This document shows, piece after piece, positions 8,324 through 17,686 of a stretch of DNA of 64,000 bases. How positions within the stretch are numbered: position 1 is the first letter of the stretch; the number at the start of each line of letters is the position of its first letter. The position numbers were made by a program, and so were the translations under genes. Location of the stretch: positions 2,791 through 66,790 of the forward strand of contig JADCHQ010000033.1 in NCBI GenBank assembly GCA_020248405.1, given 5' to 3'. This DNA is from Rhodocyclaceae bacterium. Its GTDB lineage: Bacteria > Pseudomonadota > Gammaproteobacteria > Burkholderiales > Ga0077523. Under the pieces are notes generated by a model, which was given only the letters and a program-made list of their open reading frames with translations, did no database searches and was not told the origin of the DNA.

Positions 8324-10078
8324 CTAGAAGGTTGCGTTGAAACTGAACCCGGCCACCATGTCAGCCGTAACGAACCCCGGCGGCTTGGCGAGCGGACGGC
8401 CAGCGAAGACTTCGTAGGCGACCCACTTGAAGGTTCCGCGTACCCCAATCGCGGCGCCGCTGAGGCTGGTGCCCGTGAGCCCCGTGGTGCTTGGGCCGCC
8501 CACCTGGCCATGGTCAAGCGCAATGAAGATGTCCTGTCCAAGGCCAGAAAGGGCCCAGCTCAGTTCGTTGCGCGCCAGCCAGCCGCGGTCGCCCAGGAGC
8601 AGCCGTTCGCCATCGAAGCCGCGTACGCTGTACCGGCTGCCAATGGCGAAGCGGTCTTGCGGCACCAGGGGCGTGCCGTTCCATTGCGCGCGCAACTCCG
8701 AACCAAAGCGGAGCCGTTGCCCGCCAAGGGCGAATGGCACCCCCAACTGCAACTGGGAGAAGGTGATTCGCGGCTGTGACGTGCCTTCTCCGAAAGCCTC
8801 CTCCGGCGCTGGTATGGAGCCCATGGCACCGGTACCTGCCCGGTAGCCGAGAGTCAGGTCAAGAGTCACGGCGCGAAGGAACCGGCGGTGGTTGGTCGAG
8901 ACCTCCCACCCTGCCATACGGCGGCGTTGCACTTCGATTTCGGTGTCGTCGATGAAGTTGGCGGATTCGCGTGCCCAAAAGCGCAAGGCAAGCCCTGTCT
9001 TGCTCATCGCATCGCGGTGCACGATGCGAGAAAGCCGCACGTCGTTGTTGCGGCTTTGACCGCTGTAGAGGTAGGTCTGGCTGGCGCCCACCACGGACTG
9101 GCGGTAGCGGCTCTCGCTGGCGCTGAACGCCAGGAGCCAGTAACCAAAGGGGATGGAATAGTGGACGATATGGCCGTTGGTGCCTCCGTCGCCCGCGGCG
9201 TTGGCAAGGTCGCGGTTAAGGCTGACGTAGAACAGGTCGCTCGACGTCCACCAGTTGTCGTAGGAGAGGGTGAGATAGCCCTGGTACCTGCCTGTGGTGG
9301 GAATGCCCGAATCGTCGGCGGACAGGCTCAGGCGAAGGGGGAAGCGCTGCTTCCAGGCAATGACCACGTCGCTCTCACCGGGCTTTGCGTTGTTGCCCTC
9401 GGCGGGGACGATGCGCAGGTCAGCCTCGATTGTGGGAACCCGCTTGAAGTTCTCGAGCGCCTGCTCCAGGTCGCGCAGGTTGAGTAGGTCGCCCGGCTTC
9501 GCCGGAATCGCGTTCCAGTGGCTGGCACGCATATCGGGTGGGTCCGCGAAGCGGATCGCCCGAATCCGCCCCGGCAACACCGTGAGCGTGAGCATGCCGG
9601 TGGAGAGATCCTGCGGTTGGGCCAGAACACGCGTAGTGACGAACCCGCGTGCAACGATGGCGTTTTGCACCCGGCGCATGAGTTCGTTGATGCCGCGGGC
9701 GCCGAGGCAACGGCCGCGGGCAGCATCGGCCGAGCTATCGCCCGCCGTGTCCACTGCGCCCAGGGACCACGCAAAGCGCTGCGAATCGTCCCCTGCGAGC
9801 TGGATTCGCTCGATGACGAAGCACGGTTGCTCTGGCGCCAAGCGGTATGTGGGGGCGGGTTCCTCCCGCTTGAGGAACACATCGGCGGAGGGCTGCTGCT
9901 GCTCTCGCAGAGCACGTTCGCGTTCCTGCTGCCGGAGAAACTCCTGGTCGGCTGCGCCCGGCGAGACTGTTTGGGCACGGGCGCCGCCAGAGCAAACACT
10001 CGCCGCGAGCAGCAAGCTCGCCAGTCGAAGAACTCTCCTTTGAAGTGCGAGCCCCCAGCCTGGCCGCGATGCCAGCAC
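8324..10078 (-). CDS. cdiB: TpsB outer-membrane transporter of the ShlB/FhaC/HecB/CdiB family (POTRA domains plus beta-barrel)
   Basis: The track ORF is 8324..10321. It has ShlB-type sequence throughout (..CFVIERIQLAGD.., ..LTLTVLPGRIRAIRF.., ..RYSVRGFDGE..) and ends ..AGFSFNATF with a terminal aromatic residue. The only signal-peptide-like segment (RRVLRLASLLLAASVCSGGARA/QT) begins ~90 codons in. I therefore propose GTG 10078 as the start. The upstream 81 codons are Cys/Trp-rich and AT-richer, and are probably leader. The start is uncertain. Confidence 0.85.
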   Translation of the reverse strand: MLASRPGWGLALQRRVLRLASLLLAASVCSGGARAQTVSPGAADQEFLRQQERERALREQQQPSADVFLKREEPAPTYRLAPEQPCFVIERIQLAGDDSQRFAWSLGAVDTAGDSSADAARGRCLGARGINELMRRVQNAIVARGFVTTRVLAQPQDLSTGMLTLTVLPGRIRAIRFADPPDMRASHWNAIPAKPGDLLNLRDLEQALENFKRVPTIEADLRIVPAEGNNAKPGESDVVIAWKQRFPLRLSLSADDSGIPTTGRYQGYLTLSYDNWWTSSDLFYVSLNRDLANAAGDGGTNGHIVHYSIPFGYWLLAFSASESRYRQSVVGASQTYLYSGQSRNNDVRLSRIVHRDAMSKTGLALRFWARESANFIDDTEIEVQRRRMAGWEVSTNHRRFLRAVTLDLTLGYRAGTGAMGSIPAPEEAFGEGTSQPRITFSQLQLGVPFALGGQRLRFGSELRAQWNGTPLVPQDRFAIGSRYSVRGFDGERLLLGDRGWLARNELSWALSGLGQDIFIALDHGQVGGPSTTGLTGTSLSGAAIGVRGTFKWVAYEVFAGRPLAKPPGFVTADMVAGFSFNATF

Positions 10079-10432
10079 GGGTGCACGAGGAAACCAGGCG
10101 CGGATGCGCGGCTCCCTACTCAGCCCACGCTGCTGGTGTTCGGGGAACTTGCCCAGCGAGTCTGGACTGCCTGGCGCTCGCTCGCAAAGACACGTCTCAC
10201 ACCAGCCCTCTCCGTGGAAGCCGGGAAGGGGCTGACAAACTGACTCCAGATTTCCGGTGAGACGTTCCATTGCCAACCCAAAGCGGATGAGGGATCGCAA
10301 ACAAGGCGGAACCGTCTCCACCGCGAATACAAAACGGTCGGGTCAGGCCATCCGCCTTCATTGAACTTAACGTTCGATGCGCGGAACCGGAAAAAGCTAG
10401 ATACACCTCACTGCCCTACAACTCAACCCCCG

Positions 10433-11944
10433 TCACTGCCCCCGCAACAACGGAAACAGAATCACATCCCGGATGCTCGGGCTGTCGGTGAGCAGCATCA
10501 CCAGGCGGTCGATGCCGATGCCCTCGCCCGCCGTGGGGGGCAGGCCCTGTTCCAGGGCGCGGATGTAGTCGGCGTCGTAGTACATGGCCTCTTCGTCGCC
10601 GGCTTCCTTGGCGGCGGCCTGGGCGCGGAAGCGGGCGGCCTGGTCTTCGGGGTCGTTCAGCTCCGAGAAGCCGTTGGCCATTTCGCGGCCGGTGATGAAC
10701 AGCTCGAAGCGGTCGGTGACGGCCGGGTTGGTGTCGCTGGCGCGGGCCAGGGGGGAGACGTCGGTGGGGTGGGCCACGATGAAGGTGGGCTGGATGAGCT
10801 TGTCTTCGGTGGTGTGCTCGAAGAGCTTGAGCTGCAGCACGCCCACGCCGTCGGTGGGGAATACTTCCTCGTCAAAGGGGGCAAGGGCCACGCGCAGGTA
10901 CTCGGGTTTGGCCAGCCCGTGCAGCGGGTAGCGGGGGTTGTAGCGGTTTATGGCCTCGGCCATGGTAAGGCGGTCGAAGGGCTTGCCCAGGTCGATGGGG
11001 GTGCCCTGGTAGCTCACCAGGGTGGTGCCCAGCACGCGCTGCGCCACTTCGCGCAACAGCGTTTCGGTGAGGTCCATCAGGTAGTCATAGTCCTGGTAGG
11101 CCTCGTAGAACTCCAGCATGGTGAACTCGGGGTTGTGGCGGGTGGAGATGCCCTCGTTCCGGAAGTTGCGGTTGATCTCGAACACCTTCTCGAAGCCGCC
11201 CACCACCAGGCGCTTGAGATACAGCTCCGGCGCGATGCGCAGGTACAGCTCCATGTCCAGCGCGTTGTGGTGGGTGACGAAGGGCCGCGCCGAGGCGCCG
11301 CCCGGGATGGCCTGCATCATGGGCGTTTCCACCTCCAGGTAGCCGCGCGCCACGAAGAATTCGCGGATGGCCTGCACGATGCGCGAGCGGTGCTCGAACA
11401 CGCGCCGCGAGTCGGGGTTGGTGATCAGGTCCAGGTGGCGGTTGCGGTATTTCTGCTCCTGGTCGGTCAGGCCGTGGAATTTTTCCGGCAGCGGGCGCAG
11501 CGCCTTGGCCAGCAGGCGGATGCTCTGGGCCTTGACGGTAAGCTCGCCTGTGCGGGTGCGAAACAGGGTGCCCTCCACGCCCAGGATGTCGCCCAGGTCC
11601 CAGTGCTTGAAGGCCTCGTGGGCTTCGGCGCCTACCTGGTCGGTCTGCACGTACACCTGGATGCGCCCGCTCATGTCCTGCAGGGTTGCGAAGCTCGCCT
11701 TGCCCATGATGCGCTTGAGCATCATGCGGCCGGCCACCTGCACGCGCACGGCGCGGGGCTCGAGGGTGGCGTTGTCCTCGGCGCCGTGGGCGGCGTGCAG
11801 GTCGGCCGCCAGGGCGTCGCGGCGGAAGTCGTTGGGGAAGGGGTTGCCGGCCTCGCGCAGGGCGCGCAGCTTGGCGCGGCGCTCTTCCACGATCTGGTTG
11901 GTGTCGCCCTCGGGCGCGGGGGCGGGCTGCTGGGGTTCGGTCAT
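10433..11944 (-). CDS. lysS: Lysine--tRNA ligase (class II)
   Basis: Track ORF 10433..12007. Diagnostic sequence includes [34 protein letters not shown]-like [16 protein letters not shown] and [12 protein letters not shown]. The likely start is the internal ATG 11944 (MTEPQQ..), just after the prfB stop. Confidence 0.95.
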   Translation of the reverse strand: MTEPQQPAPAPEGDTNQIVEERRAKLRALREAGNPFPNDFRRDALAADLHAAHGAEDNATLEPRAVRVQVAGRMMLKRIMGKASFATLQDMSGRIQVYVQTDQVGAEAHEAFKHWDLGDILGVEGTLFRTRTGELTVKAQSIRLLAKALRPLPEKFHGLTDQEQKYRNRHLDLITNPDSRRVFEHRSRIVQAIREFFVARGYLEVETPMMQAIPGGASARPFVTHHNALDMELYLRIAPELYLKRLVVGGFEKVFEINRNFRNEGISTRHNPEFTMLEFYEAYQDYDYLMDLTETLLREVAQRVLGTTLVSYQGTPIDLGKPFDRLTMAEAINRYNPRYPLHGLAKPEYLRVALAPFDEEVFPTDGVGVLQLKLFEHTTEDKLIQPTFIVAHPTDVSPLARASDTNPAVTDRFELFITGREMANGFSELNDPEDQAARFRAQAAAKEAGDEEAMYYDADYIRALEQGLPPTAGEGIGIDRLVMLLTDSPSIRDVILFPLLRGQ

Positions 11945-11957
11945 GGCGGGGGAGGGC

Positions 11958-13062
11958 TCAGACGCCCTGCTTGAGGCTGGCGGTGATGAAGTTGTCCAGG
12001 TCGCCATCGAGCACGGCCTGGGTGTTGCCCACTTCCACGTTGGTGCGCAGGTCCTTGATGCGGGACTGGTCCAGCACGTAGGAGCGTATCTGGTGGCCCC
12101 AGCCGATGTCGGTCTTGGAGTCTTCCAGGGCCTGCTTTTCTTCGTTGCGCTTGCGCAGTTCCAGCTCGTAGAGCCGGGCCTTGAGCATGGCCATGGCCTC
12201 GGCGCGGTTGCGGTGCTGGGAGCGGTCGTTCTGGCACTGCACCACGATGCCGGTGGGGATGTGGGTGATGCGGATGGCCGAGTCGGTCTTGTTCACGTGC
12301 TGGCCGCCCGCGCCGCTGGCGCGGAAGGTGTCCACGCGCAGATCGGCGGGGTTGATGTCCACTTCGATGGAGTCGTCCACCTCGGGGTAGACGAACACGC
12401 TGGCAAACGAGGTGTGGCGGCGGGCGTTGGAATCGAAGGGCGACTTGCGCACCAGCCGGTGCACGCCGGTTTCGGTGCGCAGCGTGCCGAAGGCGTAATC
12501 GCCGCTCACCTTGATGCTGGCGCTCTTGATGCCGGCCACTTCGCCGGGAGATTCTTCCAGCAGCTCCACGGCGAAGCCGCGGCGCTCGCAGAACTTGAGG
12601 TACATGCGCTCCAGCATGGCGGCCCAGTCCTGCGCTTCGGTGCCACCCGAGCCCGCCTGGATGTCGATGAAACAGGCGTTGGGGTCCATGGGGTTGGAAA
12701 ACATGCGGCGGAATTCCAGGTCCGCCACCAGTTTTTCGATGCCGCCGGCGTCGGTTTCCACCGCTTCAAGGGTGGCGTCATCGCCATCGCCCTTGCCCAG
12801 CTCGAACAGCTCGGCGCCATCCCTGAGCCCCGCGTCGATGTGCTCGAGCGTGACCACCACCGCTTCCAGCGCTTTTTTTTCCTTGCCCAGGTCCTGGGCT
12901 CGCTTGGGGTCGTCCCAGACCTTGGGATCCTCCACCAGGCGCGAGACTTCGCTCAGCCGGCCCTTCTTGGCATCGAAGTCAAAGATACCTCCGGAGTTCA
13001 GCGGCCCGGCGGCCCAGGTCTTCGAGGTGCGCGGCGATGGCGTTGAGGCGTTCGGCTTCCAT
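11958..13062 (-). CDS. prfB: Peptide chain release factor 2, made by a programmed +1 frameshift
   Basis: The track shows only the downstream frame (11958..12935), which carries the SPF and GGQ motifs ([39 protein letters not shown]). The upstream frame from ATG 13062 reads [27 protein letters not shown] then TGA. Shifting +1 continues [22 protein letters not shown]. Confidence 0.95.
12978..12993 (-). promoter_or_regulatory. prfB +1 frameshift site: CGG AGG TAT CTT TGA C (SD-like GGAGG, slippery CUU, in-frame UGA)
   Basis: The minus strand reads ..CTCCGGAGGTATCTTTGACTTCGAT... This is the canonical RF2 autoregulatory recoding signal. Confidence 0.9.
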
Positions 13063-13127
13063 GATGGGGTGCTCGGGCGGCTATAAGGAAGCAGCCGATT
13101 GTACCGGAAGGGGTAGCGGCGCGGCCT

Positions 13128-14387
13128 TCACGCCAGCAGCCATGCGCCCGCGGCGATGCCCGCCGCCACTGCCGCCAGCGGCAGGGTGCAACGCCTGCCC
13201 AGAGCAGGCCCGCCAGCAGTGAACACCACGCCCAGCTTGAAGGCCAGGTTGGCCAGCAGCGCCAGCGCCACCACCGTGGCCACGGCGCCGGGTTCGAGCT
13301 GCCCCAGGTGGTGCAGGCGCATGGCCGACAGGGTGATGGCGTCCACGTCGGTGGCGCCGGAGGCCAGGGCCACGGCGTACAGGCCCGCCTGTCCCGCCAC
13401 GTGGTTGAGCCACGCGGCCAGCAGCAGCACCACGGCGTACAGGGCGCCGAAGGTGAGCGAGGCGCGCAGTTCGGTGGGGTTGCCCAGGGGCAGGGCCGGC
13501 GCCGCGGTGCCGCGCGCTGTGGCCCGCCAGGACGGCAGGGCGCCGGCGATGCCCGCCAGGGCGCCGCAGCCCAGCACCGGCAGCACGGTGGGCGCAAGGC
13601 TGGGCGCCACCACCGCGGTGACCACCGCCAGCCGCACCAGCACCACCAGGTTGGCGATGACGATGACGGTGGCGGCGAGCGGTTCGAGGGCTGCATCGCG
13701 CTTGCCGTGGCGGGCGTACACCAGGGTGGTGGCGGTGCTCGAGACCAGCCCGCCGAACAGCCCGGCGAGCCGCGCGCCCAGGTGCTGCCCGGCAATGCGA
13801 AACGCCACATAGCCCGCCAGGGATACGCCCGACACCAGCACCACCATGAGCCAGGCCTGGCGAAGGTTGAGCGCGTCGTAGGGCCCCAGGGGCCGGTCGG
13901 GCAGCACCGGCAGCACCACGAAGGTGAGCACGGCGAATTGCAGGATGGAAATGAGTTCCTGCCGCTCGAGGCCCAGGGTGAGGGTGCGCAGTTCGGTCTT
14001 GAAGGCCAGCAGCACCGTGGCGGCGATGGCGGCCATTACCGCCAGGGTGGCGAGCCCGTACCACACCAGCGTGGCCAGGGTGAAGCACACCAGCCCCGCC
14101 ACGATGGTGGTGGCGCCTGGGTCGGACTGGCCGTTGTCGTCGCGGAACTGGGCGCCGATGAGCAGCGCGCCCACCAGCACCAGGCCCACGGCGGGCAGCC
14201 ACTGGGCGCCGCTTTTCTCACCCAGCAGCGCCAGCGTGACGCCGAACAGGGCGATGAGCGCGAAGGTGCGCAGGCCCGCCTTGGCGCTGGGATTGCGCTC
14301 GCGCTCCATGCCCATGAGCAGGCCGATGGCCAGCGCCGTGGCCATGCGCAGGGCCTCGTCCACCACGGCGGTTCGCAGCCAGTCCAT
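13128..14387 (-). CDS. Integral membrane protein, MgtC/SapB-like N-terminus fused to a DUF4010-type region
   Basis: 419-aa ORF that is highly hydrophobic throughout. The N-terminus ALAIGLLMGMERE..AGLRTFALIALFG is the MgtC-family signature. Confidence 0.7.
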   Translation of the reverse strand: MDWLRTAVVDEALRMATALAIGLLMGMERERNPSAKAGLRTFALIALFGVTLALLGEKSGAQWLPAVGLVLVGALLIGAQFRDDNGQSDPGATTIVAGLVCFTLATLVWYGLATLAVMAAIAATVLLAFKTELRTLTLGLERQELISILQFAVLTFVVLPVLPDRPLGPYDALNLRQAWLMVVLVSGVSLAGYVAFRIAGQHLGARLAGLFGGLVSSTATTLVYARHGKRDAALEPLAATVIVIANLVVLVRLAVVTAVVAPSLAPTVLPVLGCGALAGIAGALPSWRATARGTAAPALPLGNPTELRASLTFGALYAVVLLLAAWLNHVAGQAGLYAVALASGATDVDAITLSAMRLHHLGQLEPGAVATVVALALLANLAFKLGVVFTAGGPALGRRCTLPLAAVAAGIAAGAWLLA

Positions 14388-14631
14388 GGCGGAAGTGTAG
14401 CGGCGAAGCCCGGGGGCGGCATTGCGGCCGCGGCGGGTAGCGCGGCACGGCCTGTCTCCCGCCGCTACCCGGGCCCGCGTACCGCGGTTCCGATGACGAT
14501 CCGGTGTTTTCGCTCGTCAGCTTCGTTGGCATGCAGCGGATCGCCCCATCGGAGGCACTGCATCGCATCCAGTGCCCGAGCAACGTCTGACGGGCGACGC
14601 CGTCATCCAGCGATGGCGAACACCCCAGCGC

Positions 14632-16377
14632 TCAGCCGCCCGCCGACTGCCAGTGGTCCAGGTTGAGCTGCACGCTGCGCTGGCCGCTCCACTCGTTCAC
14701 CTCCAGCCGGTAGGCGGCGCGGATGCGCGAGGGCAGCGGGCCGGACTGGCCAAACAGCATGGCGCCCACGGTGGGCCCGCCATCGCGGCGCAGCCGCAGG
14801 CGCAGGTGGCCACCGCCCACCACGCGCTGCTCGGCCACCTCGAATTCGTCGTCGAACAGGGGGGGCGCGAAGGCCTGGCCCCACACTTGGTCGCGCAGCG
14901 CCTCGGCCAGAGGAAAGTCGAGCTGGGCGGGATCGAGCGTGCCGTCGGTTTCGAGCACGCGCTCCAGATCGGCAGGGTCCATGAGCTCGCGTACCGTCGC
15001 CTTGAAGGCGGCGGCGAAGGCGGGCAGGTGGGCGGGCTTCAGGCTGGCGCCGGCGGCGGCGGCGTGGCCGCCGAAGGCCGCCAGCAGGCCGGGGTTGCGT
15101 CGGTCGGTGAGGTCCAGGGCATCGCGCAGGTGCAGGCCGCGAATGGAGCGGCCCGAGCCCTTCAGGAGCCCGTCGGGGCCGTCGGCAAAGCACAGCGCCG
15201 GCCGGTGGCAGCGGTCCTTTACCCGCGAGGCCAGCAAGCCCACCACGCCCGGGTGCCACTGCGGGTCGTGCAGCACCAGGGCGGCGTGCTCGCCCAGGGG
15301 CATCTCGTCCAGCCGGGCGAAGGCCTCGGCCTGCATGCGCACTTCGATGACGCGCCGCTCGCGGTTGAGGCCGTCCAGCTGCTGCGCCAGGGGGCGGGCG
15401 GTGGCCAGGTCCGGCGCCGTGAGGCAGGCGATACCCCGGGACATGTCGTCCAGGCGACCGGCGGCGTTGATGCGCGGCCCGAGCACGAACCCCAGGTCCC
15501 AGGCAGCCAGGGTGCCGGGGGCGCGGCCGGCCGCCTCCAGCAGCGCCAGCAGCCCGGGGCGGGCGCGGCCGGCGCGCAGGCGGCGCAGCCCCTGGGCCAC
15601 GAGGATGCGGTTGTTGCGGTCCAGGGGCACCACGTCGGCCACGGTGCCCACGGCCACCAGGTCCAGCAGCGCGGCCAGGTTGGGCTCCGGGGCCGCGGCA
15701 AAGGCGCCTCGGCGGCGCAACTCGGCGCGCAAGGCCAGCAACACGTAGAACAGCACCCCCACGCCCGCCAGGCACTTGCTGGGGAAGGCACAGCCGGGCT
15801 GGTTGGGGTTGACGATGCACTGGGCGTCGGGCAGTTGCGCACCCGGGAGGTGGTGGTCGGTGACCAGCACGCGCATGCCGCGGCGGTTGGCGTCCGCCAC
15901 GCCTTCGAGGCTGGCGATGCCGTTGTCCACGGTGATGATGATGTGGGGCCGGCGCTCGGCCGCCAGGGCCACCAGGGGCGGTGTCAGCCCATAGCCCATC
16001 TCGAAGCGGTTGGGCACCAGATGGTCCACCTGGGCGCCGAAGGCGCGCAGCGCCAGCAGCCCCACGGCGGCGGCGGTGGCGCCGTCGGCATCGTAGTCGC
16101 CCACGATGAGCAGGCGCTGGCGCGCGGCGATGGCCTCGGCCAGCAGGCCGGCCATGGCTTCGGCGTTGCGCAGGGCCGACACCGGCAGCAGGGCATCGAG
16201 GCCGGTGTCCAGGTCGCGGGTATCGGCCACGCCCCGGGCGGCAAACAGCCGCGCCAGCACCGGGTCCACGCCCGCAGCCTCAAGGGCCTGTCGCGCAGGG
16301 TCGGAAATGGCGCGGCGACGCAGGCGAGGGGGATCGGTCGGGGCAGGCATGGGCCGGGTCAGGCTGTGCTCCAGCAC
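14632..16377 (-). CDS. recJ: Single-stranded-DNA-specific exonuclease RecJ
   Basis: DHH-family motifs are present: [35 protein letters not shown]. Length is 581 aa. The start could instead be ATG 16350. Confidence 0.9.
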   Translation of the reverse strand: MLEHSLTRPMPAPTDPPRLRRRAISDPARQALEAAGVDPVLARLFAARGVADTRDLDTGLDALLPVSALRNAEAMAGLLAEAIAARQRLLIVGDYDADGATAAAVGLLALRAFGAQVDHLVPNRFEMGYGLTPPLVALAAERRPHIIITVDNGIASLEGVADANRRGMRVLVTDHHLPGAQLPDAQCIVNPNQPGCAFPSKCLAGVGVLFYVLLALRAELRRRGAFAAAPEPNLAALLDLVAVGTVADVVPLDRNNRILVAQGLRRLRAGRARPGLLALLEAAGRAPGTLAAWDLGFVLGPRINAAGRLDDMSRGIACLTAPDLATARPLAQQLDGLNRERRVIEVRMQAEAFARLDEMPLGEHAALVLHDPQWHPGVVGLLASRVKDRCHRPALCFADGPDGLLKGSGRSIRGLHLRDALDLTDRRNPGLLAAFGGHAAAAGASLKPAHLPAFAAAFKATVRELMDPADLERVLETDGTLDPAQLDFPLAEALRDQVWGQAFAPPLFDDEFEVAEQRVVGGGHLRLRLRRDGGPTVGAMLFGQSGPLPSRIRAAYRLEVNEWSGQRSVQLNLDHWQSAGG

Positions 16378-16465
16378 TCAAGTCGGCCTCGGCACAACCG
16401 ATATTAGCCCGGGAGAGCAGTTCAAGTCGCCCGTTACAGACTCCCGAGGCCCGAGGAAAATTTCC

Positions 16466-17668
16466 ATGATTCCAAAAACTTATCGAATCTCCACCCAGGC
16501 CTGCGGCACTGCCTTCGCCATGCCGGCCCTGTCCGCCGTGGTGGCTGCGCTGCTGGCGTGGTTCGTGGCCGCGCCCCCATCCGATGCGCGCGGCGCCGAG
16601 CCCCTGGTGCTTCTATTGGCGCTGGGCGCGGTGGCGGGCGCCCTGTGCGGTGGCGCCGCCTGGGTTCTGCTGTCGCGTCAACTGGCGCCTCTGGCCCGCC
16701 TCGCCGAGGCGAAGGATGCGCTCGCCGCGGGCCAGAGCGACGACCACGGGCTGGCCTCGCGGCAGGATGAAGTGGGCGAGCTTGCCCGCACCCTGATGCA
16801 CCTGTCGCAGCGCGCGGCAAACATGAGTGCCAGCTTGAACCAGGTTGCCGGTAGCGTCCGCGCGGCGGTCTCCCAGGTTCGGGACGATTGGATGGCCGTT
16901 CGCGAGGGCTCCCAGCGCCAGAGCGATGCTGCCGGGCGGGTGGGTTCGTCCCTGCGCGCAGTGAGCGAAAGTCTTCTGGCCGCTGGCGACAATGCCCGTG
17001 ATTCCCAACGCCTGTCCCGCCGCACGTCCGAACTGTCCGCCCATGGCGAGTCGGTGGTGCGTCGCACGGCCGACGAGATTGGCCGCGTTGCCGGCGCCGT
17101 GCGCGATGCCGCTGGGTCCATCGGCGGGCTGAATCGCCGTTCCGAGGAAATCACGCGCGTGGTGAAGGTGATCAAGGACATTGCCGACCAGACCAATTTG
17201 CTGGCCCTCAATGCCGCCATCGAGGCGGCGCGCGCCGGCGAGCAGGGCCGTGGCTTTGCCGTGGTGGCCGACGAGGTGCGCAAGCTGGCCGAGCGCACCT
17301 CCACCGCCACCGTGGAAATCGGCGGCATGATCGACGCCATTCAGGCGGAAACGCGCCAGGCGGTGGGCGGCATGGAAGCAAGCAGCGCTCAGGTGGAGGA
17401 GGGCGTGCGGCTCGCCCGCGAGGCTGCCGAATCGCTCTCGGGCATTCTGGAGGCTGCCGGCGAGACGCTGGTGAAGACCGGCGAAATCGTGGCCGCGCTG
17501 GATGAACAGAATGCCGCCAGCGGCGAGATTGCGCGCAACGTGGAGCAGATTGCTGCCATGGCCGACAACAACGGCTCGGCGGCGGTGCATGGCCATGGCT
17601 CGGTGCAGGCCCTCGAAACGGTCGCGGGCGAACTGGCGAGCCTGACCGAGAGCGCCCTTACCGCCTGA
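16466..17668 (+). CDS. Methyl-accepting chemotaxis protein, small: two TM segments, HAMP-like linker, MA domain
   Basis: The signalling-domain core is [40 protein letters not shown]. Track ORF 16106..17668 overlaps recJ, so I take the internal ATG 16466 (MIPKTYRIS..) as the start. Confidence 0.85.
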   Translation: MIPKTYRISTQACGTAFAMPALSAVVAALLAWFVAAPPSDARGAEPLVLLLALGAVAGALCGGAAWVLLSRQLAPLARLAEAKDALAAGQSDDHGLASRQDEVGELARTLMHLSQRAANMSASLNQVAGSVRAAVSQVRDDWMAVREGSQRQSDAAGRVGSSLRAVSESLLAAGDNARDSQRLSRRTSELSAHGESVVRRTADEIGRVAGAVRDAAGSIGGLNRRSEEITRVVKVIKDIADQTNLLALNAAIEAARAGEQGRGFAVVADEVRKLAERTSTATVEIGGMIDAIQAETRQAVGGMEASSAQVEEGVRLAREAAESLSGILEAAGETLVKTGEIVAALDEQNAASGEIARNVEQIAAMADNNGSAAVHGHGSVQALETVAGELASLTESALTA

Positions 17669-17686
17669 GCGCAGGCCTGCGATCGG

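Noticed and set aside
6818-8779. 653-aa plus-strand ORF spanning the cdiA 5' end, cdiC and the cdiB 3' end
   Set aside because: It crosses three well-supported minus-strand genes and their intergenic spacers, and its sequence has no family features. It is an antisense artefact.
10361-13046. Plus-strand ORFs of 537 and 559 aa opposite lysS and prfB
   Set aside because: They lie antisense to two unmistakable housekeeping genes and have a repetitive G/A/V/L/H/Q composition.
16106-16465. N-terminal extensions of several track ORFs. Examples are MCP 16106, fkpA-like 20833, comEC 22204, MCP 26861, cheD 35046, rpmI 40068, pcm 45797, moxR 51763, hom 53689, methyltransferase 56201 and clpB 59195
   Set aside because: The extensions overlap neighbouring genes or lack homology. 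In each case an internal start gives the canonical N-terminus.
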